Origin: Octopus vulgaris
Taxonomy: Eukaryota
Reading direction: 5' to 3'
Assembly (NCBI GenBank): GCA_951406725.2
Contig: OX597819.1
Span: 104,594,001-104,658,000 of the forward strand
Length of the DNA: 64,000 nt
In this document: piece after piece, positions 51,709 through 64,000 of the stretch
Numbering within the stretch: position 1 is the stretch's first letter
Layout: the number at the start of each line of letters is the position of its first letter
Translations under genes and position numbers: made by a program
Notes under the pieces: generated by a model
What the model saw: the letters and a program-made list of their open reading frames with translations, nothing else
What the model was told of the DNA's origin: nothing
Database searches by the model: none

Positions 51709-53632
51709 GTGTGCATTATGTGGTCGGTCGGTTCAGCTGAAAATATGCACACCTATGTTAAAAGTGCTGGCAAGTTTGCATGACAACTATTTTTTTCCTC
51801 AAATGAAAGGCGTCACCTCTAGGACAAAATTCCTCATCTTATAAAATGTGGTCCCAGTAGACCCGAATGAAATCGGGTTATATTAACCAAAATGTGAAAA
51901 GGGGTCCAAATGGGGCTGGAAGGGGATTAAAATTTAAAGGAGCGAGTGTTTAGGAATTCTCTGTTACATCAAGCTAAAAAGTTTGCGCCAGCCTTTTTAT
52001 CGTCAATATGTTGCCGCCCATGATGAAGAAGTTTTGAATGCTTGCCATGGTGAGTCTACTGTCGTGAGAAAGAATCACTTCAAAACTTGGTGTTTACGAA
52101 TTTTCTTTTACATCAAGTTCAAAATTTTACGTCAGCCGTTAAACTGTCAATACGTTGCTGTCCGTCGTTAAGAAATGCCAGCCATGGTGACTCTACTATC
52201 CACACATTTTATCCCTTCAAACTTTGGTTTCCAATATTTTATTATTTTTATTCAACTCGCAAGTTCGTCTGTCCCTTTTAAATGTTAGCGTTTTGCTGTC
52301 TGCCTTGAAGCAGACCTTTCCATTGCCACTGCCTGATATTTATGATTGATCTTTCTAAATATTTTATTTCTCAACTTACTCAAGATCTTTTGTTGTTTAT
52401 AAATTGGAGAGAGATAGATAAAGATAGAGAGTAAGAGAAAGCGAGGGAGAGTCCGAGAGAAAAGAAAAGTAAGAGAGTGGGAAAGTGAGAGAGAAAGGAG
52501 AGAGAAACAAAGAGGGTGAATCATCATCATCATCATCGTTTAACGTCCGTTTACCGTGCTAGCACGGGTTGGACAGTGTGACCGGGGTCTGGGAAACCAG
52601 GAGACTGCACCAGGCTCCAGTCTGATCTGGCAGTGTTTCTACAGGTGGATGACCTTCCTAACGCCAACCACTCTGTGAGTGTAGTGGGTGCTTTTTACTT
52701 GCCGCCGGCACAGGTGCCAGGGGTCTGGCAGCGGCAACGATCGGTTGGTGCTTTTTACGTGCCACCGGCAGAGAAGCCAGTCAAGGCGGCGCTGCAATCG
52801 GCCACGTTCGGATGGTGCTTTTTACGTGCTGAAAGGAAGCAACAGAAAGTAACAACCACACTCTTACCCGCGCGTAGAGCGGGTCACCTTCAGCTAGTAT
52901 ATATATAAAACTGAAATGCGTTTTTACCGCTTGGATCGCTTTCAAGGCCACTACAACCCGTCCGATTCACTCCAAAATTTACAGGGACATGTAAAATGAG
53001 GTGACGATGCTCGTGGGCTACCTTAGAAATCCATATCTTAAAAGGTGTCGTTACTAGGGACCAAAAACCCTTTTTGACAATTCCACTTCCGTTCTTTTAC
53101 GTATATGTCTTCCTCACTCACTCACACTATTTCCTCCATTCCCCTCTAACTCCCTTTCACTTTCCCTTTATAAGTTCGTCAGACGGCGTTCTTTTATGTA
53201 TCTGTCTGCATTCGTAGAGAGAATTATCATCGCCACGACCAACACACGAGCATGAGAACAAATATAATGAATCAGATATTTCTTGCGTTCATTTAAATAT
53301 GTGTGTATGTGTGTGTGTTCGATATATAAATATGTATATATAATGTATATATACGAAGTGTATATATCTGTATTTATGTATATTAAACTTTTTAATACTT
53401 TTTGATAGTTATATATATTTTTAAACAAATTATAAATATAATTTAATAATTTTTATTTTAAATTTAAATAATTTAAATTTTTCAATTTTATATTTTATAT
53501 ATTTTCTATATTATATTTTTATTTTTATGTTTTTGTTTTTGGTTTTTTACTGTTTAATTTGCCTATTAGTGGTTTTATCTCTAATTTAATTTATACATAT
53601 ATATATATATAAATTTGTATATATAATGCGTG

Positions 53633-53717
<85 letters not shown>

Positions 53718-55641
53718 CGTGTGCATTATGTGGTCGGTCGGTTCAGCTGAAAATATGCACACCTATGTTAAAAGTGCTGGCAAGTTTGCGTGACAACTAT
53801 TTTTTTCCTCAAATGAAAGGCGTCACCTCTAGGACAAAATTCCTCATCTTATAGAACGTGGCCCCAGTAGACCCGAATGAAATCGGGTTATATTAATCAA
53901 AATGTGGAAAAGGGTCTAAATGGGGCTGGAAGGGAATTAAAAGTAAAAGGAGCGAGTGTTTGGGAATTCTCTGTTACATCAAGCTAAAAAATTTGCGCAA
54001 ACCTTTTAATCGTCAATGTGTTGCCGTCCATGATGAAGAAGTTTTGAATGCTTGCCATGGTGAGTCTACTGTCGTGAGAAAGAATCACTTCAAAACTTGG
54101 TGTTTACGAATTTTCTTTTACATCAAGTTCAAAATTTTACGTCAGCCGTTAAACTGTCAATACGTTGCTGCCGTCGTTAAGAAATGCCAGCCATGGTGAC
54201 TCTACTATCCTCAGATTCTATCCCTTCAAACTTTGGTTTCCAATATCTTATTATTTTTATTCAACTCGCAAGTTCGTCTGTCCCTTTTAAATGTTAGCGT
54301 TTTGCTGTCTACCTTGAAGCAGACCTTTCCATTGCCACTGCCTGATATTTATGATTGATCTTTCTAAATATTTTATTTCTCAACTTACTCAAGATCTTTT
54401 GTTGTTTATAAATTGGAGAGAGATAGATAAAGATAGAGAGTAAGAGAAAGCGAGGGAGAGTCCGAGAGAAAAGAAAAGTAAGAGAGTGGGAAAGTGAGAG
54501 AGAAAGGAGAGAGAAACAAAGAGGGTGAATCATCATCATCATCATCGTTTAACGTCCGTTTACCGTGCTAGCACGGGTTGGACAGTGTGACCGGGGTCTG
54601 GGAAACCAGGAGACTGCACCAGGCTCCAGTCTGATCTGGCAGTGTTTCTACAGGTGGATGACCTTCCTAACGCCAACCACTCTGTGAGTGTAGTGGGTGC
54701 TTTTTACTTGCCGCCGGCACAGGTGCCAGGGGTCTGGCAGCGGCAACGATCGGTTGGTGCTTTTTACGTGCCACCGGCAGAGAAGCCAGTCAAGGCGGCG
54801 CTGCAATCGGCCACGTTCGGATGGTGCTTTTTACGTGCTGAAAGGAAGCAACAGAAAGTAACAACCACACTCTTACCCGCGCGTAGAGCGGGTCACCTTC
54901 AGCTAGTATATATATAAAACTGAAATGCGTTTTTACCGCTTGGATCGCTTTCAAGGCCACTACAACCCGTCCGATTCACTCCAAAATTTACAGGGACATG
55001 TAAAATGAGGTGACGATGCTCGTGGGCTACCTTAGAAATCCATATCTTAAAAGGTGTCGTTACTAGGGACCAAAAACCCTTTTTGACAATTCCACTTCCG
55101 TTCTTTTACGTATATGTCTTCCTCACTCACTCACACTATTTCCTCCATTCCCCTCTAACTCCCTTTCACTTTCCCTTTATAAGTTCGTCAGACGGCGTTC
55201 TTTTATGTATCTGTCTGCATTCGTAGAGAGAATTATCATCGCCACGACCAACACACGAGCATGAGAACAAATATAATGAATCAGATATTTCTTGCGTTCA
55301 TTTAAATATGTGTGTATGTGTGTGTGTTCGATATATAAATATGTATATATAATGTATATATACGAAGTGTATATATCTGTATTTATGTATATTAAACTTT
55401 TTAATACTTTTTGATAGTTATATATATTTTTAAACAAATTATAAATATAATTTAATAATTTTTATTTTAAATTTAAATAATTTAAATTTTTCAATTTTAT
55501 ATTTTATATATTTTCTATATTATATTTTTATTTTTATGTTTTTGTTTTTGGTTTTTTACTGTTTAATTTGCCTATTAGTGGTTTTATCTCTAATTTAATT
55601 TATACATATATATATATATAAATTTGTATATATAATGCGTG

Positions 55642-55730
<89 letters not shown>

Positions 55731-56918
55731 CGTGTGCATTATGTGGTCGGTCGGTTCAGCTGAAAATATGCACACCTATGTTAAAAGTGCTGGCAAGTTT
55801 GCGTGACAACTATTTTTTTCCTCAAATGAAAGGCGTCACCTCTAGGACAAAATTCCTCATCTTATAGAACGTGGCCCCAGTAGACCCGAATGAAATCGGG
55901 TTATATTAATCAAAATGTGGAAAAGGGTCTAAATGGGGCTGGAAGGGAATTAAAAGAAAAAGGAGCGAGTGTTTGGGAATTCTCTGTTACATCAAGCTAA
56001 AAAATTTGCGCAAACCTTTTAATCGTCAATGTGTTGCCGTCCATGATGAAGAAGTTTTGAATGCTTGCCATGGTGAGTCTACTGTCGTGAGAAAGAATCA
56101 CTTCAAAACTTGGTGTTTACGAATTTTCTTTTACATCAAGTTCAAAATTTTACGTCAGCCGTTAAACTGTCAATACGTTGCTGCCGTCGTTAAGAAATGC
56201 CAGCCATGGTGACTCTACTATCCTCAGATTCTATCCCTTCAAACTTTGGTTTCCAATATCTTATTATTTTTATTCAACTCGCAAGTTCGTCTGTCCCTTT
56301 TAAATGTTAGCGTTTTGCTGTCTACCTTGAAGCAGACCTTTCCATTGCCACTGCCTGATATTTATGATTGATCTTTCTAAATATTTTATTTCTCAACTTA
56401 CTCAAGATCTTTTGTTGTTTATAAATTGGAGAGAGATAGATAAAGATAGAGAGTAAGAGAAAGCGAGGGAGAGTCCGAGAGAAAAGAAAGGTAAGAGAGT
56501 GGGAAAGTGAGAGAGAAAGGAGAGAGAAACAAAGAGGGTGAATCATCATCATCATCATCGTTTAACGTCCGTTTACCGTGCTAGCACGGGTTGGACAGTG
56601 TGACCGGGGTCTGGGAAACCAGGAGACTGCACCAGGCTCCAGTCTGATCTGGCAGTGTTTCTACAGGTGGATGACCTTCCTAACGCCAACCACTCTGTGA
56701 GTGTAGTGGGTGCTTTTTACTTGCCGCCGGCACAGGTGCCAGGGGTCTGGCAGCGGCAACGATCGGTTGGTGCTTTTTACGTGCCACCGGCAGAGAAGTT
56801 AGTCAAGGCGGCGCTGCAATCGGCTACGTTCGGATGGTGCTTTTTACGTGCTGAAAGGAAGCAACAGAAAGTAACAACCACACTCTTACCCGCGCATAGT
56901 GCGGGTCACCTTCAGCTA

Positions 56919-56985
<67 letters not shown>

Positions 56986-56987
56986 CA

Positions 56988-57054
<67 letters not shown>

Positions 57055-57321
57055 TTGTGTATACACATGCACACTGATGCACAAACAAACAAACAAAAAG
57101 AACGCAGCTCTGATAACAGACAGAGTCAACGAATACTGAAGAGGTTGCAAGAAGCAACGAAACATTTTTTAATAAATAAATGAGTGGAAATCGAACCGGT
57201 GAGTGTGTTAAGTAATAAGGCACTAAAAGAGAATGCCTCTCTGCAGACACAATAAAAATAAAATATGCTTCAACACACGAATTCATTTTTACCTATACTA
57301 TGTTACGAAGGAATGATAATC

Positions 57322-57359
<38 letters not shown>

Positions 57360-57371
57360 TATAATAATAAT

Positions 57372-57781
<410 letters not shown>

Positions 57782-57794
57782 TTAATAATAATAA

Positions 57795-58352
57795 ATGCTC
57801 TGATGCAGTACCAGACAGTGGCCCTCATGGCTCATGATCTTAACTGATTCGAAGTGTTATCATGTACATTGTTTTGTCTTGGTATAAAAGATGGGCTACA
57901 ACAAATATTCTGCTCAATACCACAGATTTGCTTGTCAGTTGTTTGACCTTAACCAATTGACCATGTCCCTTAGTGGCTGACGATATGTGCATCTCTGATC
58001 ACAAGCAGAAGTAGTGGGTGAGCATCATAGCCATGTGTTGAGAGGAATTCTTAGAGGTTTGGATAATTCACCTTTGGAAACATGGGTCGTTCGTTCAACA
58101 TTCTTAAACAATCCTTATTCAGGGACCTTTTGAGCGGGATGGGCTACTCGACCAGAGGAAAATTCTAACTGGGCCCCACCTTCAAGGTCATGCGCTGTTT
58201 ATCTTGATATGAGATCACGATGTCGCGCACATATGGTTGTGATGCATATGCCTGGTGTACTCTTATCAGACGGGTAGTCATGATGGGTATACTGGGCTTC
58301 GTATATTTTACCCCAGTGTCACTTTGATGGCATGCACTGCTCTCTCACTCAA
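57795..58352. mobile_element. (TAA)n-flanked dispersed non-coding repeat
   Basis: Its end (58308-58352) recurs inverted at 46397-46443, also within (TTA)n. Confidence 0.55.
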
Positions 58353-58769
58353 TAATAATAATAATAATAATAATAAATATATATAAGTGCGTTTGCTGGG
58401 ATATATTACCAGGATGGGCACCGTATTAACTCTTAGTTAAGTTCCTTTTAACTACTAACCACAACGATCAGTATCTAACGTTTGTGACAATAATTAGTTG
58501 TTAGTCACTCCGTGAATACTTCCTGAGTGTAATTCCGTGTATTATCCGCTGGTAAAAATATCTGAAGTATAAATTTATAGTTTTAGAATAATTTATTGAG
58601 AGCATGGTGTCTTGTACCTGCACAAAATTTATATTTTGGTAATTCCGGAAACTCGCTGCAACAGAAACATTTGTATGTCATTATAATGTGCTGCATATAA
58701 CAATAAAATATATTTTGTGCGTGTACAAATCTCCATACACTTTATTACTACTATTATTACCATTATTAT

Positions 58770-60430
58770 TATTCTTTTATTGTCTTTGTACAACTTCTAA
58801 CGCTGGAGATCACTATGGTGTCAGCTGTTCACTACCAGTGAACTAAGGTAACACCCCTTATTTTTCAAGCACCATCCGGAGTATTCACGCGGTTCCAAGC
58901 AGTGCAGTTTTCTGCAAGTGCTCCACCCTTACTACATCCCCTATTTGTTCCATGTACTTCTCAAGATTTTTACTTACTGTTCCCAGGGCTCCGACAATTA
59001 TTGGTACTACTACCATCTTTTTCAGCGACCTGTTATATTGATTGACTTTCTTCCTTATCATATACCTTGTTAGCTGGGCATGCTATATCCTATGATTCAG
59101 CATCGTTTGATCTCTTTCTCAATTAAGATTATGTCTGGTTTCCTATTCCTTATCTCATGGTCGCACTGAATCATAAAATCCCATATGAGCATACATTGAC
59201 TGGTAATATGCCGTACGGTTTCACCATTTTGTCCACAAATTCCTCACTTATCACTTTTGTATTTGATGTAATTGCTTCTTAACGCTTGCTCTTGGGCAGC
59301 AGAAATTAGAGCCTCCGTTTCCGGTTTTAAATACCTTTTCGTCATCCATAGCCATCTTTTTTCTCTGTCTGTCTTATCTTCAACATCCCTATGAAAGTGT
59401 CCATGCATTCTATCCTATATCCACCTACTTTTAGTTTCATTCATTCTCAAGTGCTTGTACAGTGCTTTATTTGCAATCTTCCATCCTACACAAGCCTGAC
59501 CTTCTCACTTCCAATAACAGCGCTTCTGTGGCATTTTTACATATCATGCTATGTTTTTTCTTCTGCTCTAATGCTGTGTTCGTATACAATCAGTCCTTTT
59601 CCCCCTTTTCTTCTTGGTACATACTGTCTGTCTGTGTCACTTGGACGGACTATCCCATATCTAGTCAGCAACATACTCGTCTTTCTGTCTAAGCTGTTTA
59701 GTTCCTCTACTGTCCATGCAATTACCCCTGCTCCATATCTAAGGAGTGAAACCACCCAGATGTTGATAGCTTCAATCTTATTCCGTCCGTTTAATTTCGA
59801 CTTAAGGATCAGTCTCAGTCTGCGCAAGTACTCCACCTTAAATTTTTCTATCATTTCTTTCTCCATCAATTTATCCATTTCTAATATCCCCAACTACTTA
59901 TAGCCCGTCTATAGCCCGTCTACTTCATAACCTCCCACTTGATTTTGTCTTTCTTCAGGTTTAACGAAACACACTTTCTCATCCCGAACTCCATTCTGAT
60001 ATCAGCACTGAACGTATACACCGTATCAACGAGAGAATTGACTTGGGATTCATCTTTACCATAAAGTTTGAGGTCATTCATGAGTAACAAGTGGTTGACT
60101 TTTTGTTGGCAGCTTTTGAATACATACCCAGCCTTTTCTTTCCTCAGAATAAGTGTTAGTCGTATCATGCACAGTACAAATATCAGTGGGGACAGGCAGT
60201 CCCCTTGGAAGATGCCTTTCCTGATTTCTATTTTTCTTAAACTTCTTTCATATGCTGTCACTTCCCCTTTCCACTTCGCCATACTTTTCTCAAGCAATCG
60301 ATCAACATTCGATGCAATGCCAAAATAGGTTCATACATTCCATAATCCAAGAATGTATGCTCATATCGTACGCCTTACGATAATGGAGCCATGGCAGTTA
60401 GTTTGCCTCTTCTTGCAGTCTCTAAGTACA
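58770..60430 (-). mobile_element. Degraded R4/Dong-like LINE (RT to RLE)
   Basis: GIFQGDCLSPL, HLLLMNDLKLY, LKSKLNGRNKIEAIN, YVPRRKGGKGL, PDII, LQKTALLGTA. Confidence 0.85.
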
Positions 60431-60606
60431 GTCTCTAAGTACCGGATACAGTTTAAAGTCATACAAGGACACAACATACCCCTTTTCATCGGAAATTTAT
60501 TTTCTCCTCCTTTTTCCCTCTATTTTCTTTTTTTCTCTCGAAAAGAAATGCTCCACATTGTATTTTGTCCCCACTGTATTCGGCCCTCTGTGGCTAATAA
60601 AGAAAG

Positions 60607-60671
<65 letters not shown>

Positions 60672-63407
60672 AATGTGCGCGCGCGCATGCGTGTGTGGAT
60701 ATGTGTGTGTGTGTGTTTTAACGCGATCCCTTTTGATCGGAAATTTATTTTCTCATCCTCTTTTCCTCCCTATTTTTTCTTTTTCTCTCGATAAGAAAAT
60801 CTTTACATTGTTATGTATGTATGTATGTATGTATCTATCTATCTATCTATATATCTACCTATCTACCTACATACCTACCTACCTACCTACCTACCTACAT
60901 ACCTACCTACCTACCTACCTATCTATCTACTCACTTACTCCGTCCATCGTGAGACTCATTTTTAAGGAAAATGAATGGAGTAGGAAAAAAAGGCTGAAAA
61001 CACTGTTGCAAATCCTCATTGAATGCTTCCCCTTTCGAACGCATAATGCCCGGTCACTTCAGTTACGGAAATTGCAAGAGAAAATGGTTTACAAACTGTA
61101 GGGGTAGCCAACAAGACAACTGTATTGGAAATATACGATACTCCATTTACGCAGTGTAATCTCTGCTGCCGAGATCTATTTGCATATATCCACTATCTTC
61201 TGGTTTGACAAGAAAAAGTGCTCATTGAATTTGTGACGTACTGAGCTATTTCCTAGGTACGTCTACTCAAGATACCTTAACGTTGCAATTTCTTGTACCT
61301 TCAATAACATTCTACATTAAAGGGATATGAACTCATTACATCACAGAAGTAATTTCTGTTTCAAGTATATTCCCTTTATATCAGAAAATTCATTTTTTAA
61401 TTCAAGATTTAGGCTAAAAGTAAAATACCTTACTTTTACATATAGTGATATATAGATTAGGAAAGTGATCTTTGCATTCATAGTTTCTGATTGCAGAAGC
61501 GCATGTTACGTATATGTGCAAGCACCTGGAAGATAAAGTAAAACAGAGATAATCATTTAAGAATATCTGAAGAGATTATATCCAACCAATATTTGAAAAC
61601 TATTTACACCTTTAAAATATCTTATAACACTTACAAAGTCTTACATTCCGAGGGGAAATTTGTGTTGTATCTATCTTTTCTCTCATACATAACGCGATTA
61701 GTCCAATCAATAATTTACGAGGTGGAAGTTATATTTTAAATGACTGTTACATGAATTGATGCTTCGTAAATATTTTCAATTCGTCGCACTTTGGATATTA
61801 CACAAAGGAAGCTACTGGCGTATTTCTCATGGAATATTTAATTAAAACAATTATAGACAAAAGAAAATACAGTAAAATAGTGCTTACTTTGTTTTATTAG
61901 AGATATTTTTTAACAAAATCATGATCAATACAATTTTCAAGTCGCTGAAACGTTTTTGTTGAAATCAAATGTCTTAATCTGTAATAAGTGTTTCCATAGT
62001 TTGGGGCTGCCTGCTGACAGGTGACGGTCGTTTAGAAAAAGCGCGGGCTAAAACTACGCGCCTTCACTAGTCAGTTATGGTGAGACAGTGTCACGTGACA
62101 ACTTGCTGGGGCTGCGTGCTGGAGCCTAGGCGGTAGGTAATTAAAGGGAGAAATTTGACACTCGCTGGCGATACATCGAAGAAGCCAGGGAACAGAAGAA
62201 AGAAGAAGAAAGAAGACATGCACCCAACACTAGAGCTGAAGACACCTCCGAAAGGGGAGCCCGCCACGTCAAAACGGTAGAGGAGTAGGGGCCGAAATCG
62301 GACGTGGTTCCTCCTGATGATGTCTTGAGCTAACTAGATCCTATAAAAGAGCTGTTGTGGTATCAGACCACGAAACACGGTTGTAATTCTTCAGATACTG
62401 ACTGCAGAGAAAGACTTGCTGACAATCCAGAAAGAGGGATGACAAAGCTCGACAGTACGACAGCGTAACAAAGGATCAAATGGGCTTGCAGCCCGATCCG
62501 AGCTAAGATTGCAACGAAAAAACATGGGAAATCATACCCCCATGATCCCGGACCACGGGGGGGGGGGAGAATAAAGGATCAAATAGGGACGAAAAAAAAA
62601 CGAAATCGACTTGGACCGGAAATGGACAATGAGAAAGGAAACAGTATAAGAAAATATTTTTATTATAACACAGATACATGCCCAAAATTATATTTTCCTA
62701 GCTTGAAATGTGTGACCATTTCAACAATGTTCTTATTGGTAATTTTAATTGTTGTGACTGAAGAAAAACGCGATATTATTAAAATTCAGCGTAGCAATTT
62801 ACATTTATGTGTGGTTATATTTCTGAAATATTAAGTATATTTATTTTGTTATATAAAAAGGATGGATCTTTTCCGTTGATGTTACAGTGGTTAATTGCTA
62901 AAGTTCTGTTTCAATTGTTTCCAAATTTAGTGTACTGGTGTATTTTAGTATGTTAATTATTTCAATTAATTTCATTTTTACCATAAATTAATAAACAAAG
63001 AGCTGATAGCTTTCAATCGAAAACCGCACACACACACCAGTGCCTATTTCAATTGTAACAAGTGAAGCTTAAAACTTACCATCTCCAGTATTTTCCTTAC
63101 CTGTTTATTTCTATTGTCGAGTGCCTAATTTCTGAACTTTCGTATTTGAATTTTTGCTTGAAAGTATGCATTAAACGTTTACATGAAGTGAACCATTACT
63201 ACAGTACAACGTACAGATCGATTTTTTAAAATAATTTTTCGCAAAAATAATTCAGAGTTCTAAGCTGTACACAGACAGAAGACGAGTAACAAAGAGCTGA
63301 ACAAACATGTGAGAAGGAAAAGAGAGACAAAGGGGGAGAGAGAAGTGTTAATGTCCCGAGGTAGGGGGAGCGTAATATTAATTACGTGGTTAAAAAGTTA
63401 GTTCAAC

Positions 63408-63466
<59 letters not shown>

Positions 63467-63662
63467 GAGAGAGAGAGAGAGAGAGAGAAAGAGTTAAAAA
63501 TACTTTTCGCAGAGTGAGGTTAATGAAAGGAAAAGTGAGAGAGAAGAGAGAGAGAGAAAGAGAGGAAGGGAAAGGAGAGAGACACAGAAAAATAGAGGAA
63601 GAGGCAGAGAAAGAGAGGGGGAAAGTGAAAGAGAGAGATGGGTGCGAGAAAGAGAGACACAG

Positions 63663-63700
<38 letters not shown>

Positions 63701-64000
63701 GAGAGATAAGCGATATTATTGTTAGTTAGTGGAAGTGAGAGGTGAAGTGTAAATGAAAAATGATAACGACGTGAAGAGGGGAATGATATGCTTAAAAGTT
63801 TATTGAGGTTGGAGGTGGACAAAAGAAGAGGAGAGAGAAGTATAAAGTGCTTAGCAGAGAAAAATTTTAAACATCATATATTATTGTGTATAACAAGAAA
63901 ATAAGATTTTAATATTCAATTTTTTATATCTTCTATCTGTCGATCTATTTATTTATCTATCCACATTGAGAAATACATCGATAGAAGAAGGAATGATAAT

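Larger units (their letters stand above)
48881..56919 (+). mobile_element. Head-to-tail array of a ~2-kb non-autonomous Helitron (partial unit 48881-52897; full units 52898-54906 and 54907-56919)
   Basis: Each unit ends with hairpin ACCCGC..GCGGGT, ~9 nt, then CTAG; the next unit starts TATATATATAAAACTG; periods 2009 and 2013 bp. Confidence 0.8.

Noticed and set aside
52633-52908. Triplicated 91-aa gene
   Set aside because: Lies in a retroposon-derived part of the Helitron unit; no domain or splice support.
63070-63105. Minus-strand micro-exon
   Set aside because: Donor-like GTAAG motifs but a poor polypyrimidine tract.

Overview
AT-rich, microsatellite-dense eukaryotic DNA made almost entirely of transposable elements. 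The SINE families and (TA)n/(TAA)n density look like an octopus (cephalopod) genome; this is an inference. No intact host gene is visible. Recognisable content: (1) two Penelope-like elements (PLEs) with RT + GIY-YIG, plus many PLE-type terminal fragments. Many of these are fold-back inverted repeats sitting in (TA)n tracts and carry type-I hammerhead ribozyme (HHR) motifs; two non-coding HHR units (about 500 nt and about 358 nt) are tandem or circularly permuted, like retrozymes. (2) R4/Dong-like restriction-like-endonuclease (RLE) LINE pieces in (TAA)n tracts. (3) A 5'-truncated RTE LINE with an uninterrupted 456-aa ORF. (4) Tx1/L1-clade pieces, including a TSD-flanked 2.1-kb ORF1-only (HAL1-like) element. 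(5) Tc1/mariner relics and a MITE. (6) A solo non-autonomous Helitron and a head-to-tail Helitron array of about 2-kb units; one unit holds an asymmetric LTR-type insert with a tRNA-Trp PBS and 4-bp TSD. (7) Many tRNA-derived SINEs. (8) In the 29-36 kb unique stretch, a probable class-A GPCR pseudogene and a possible MFSD1-like relic. Most short ORFs in the track are microsatellite artefacts. All calls are by eye and the boundaries of degraded elements are approximate.
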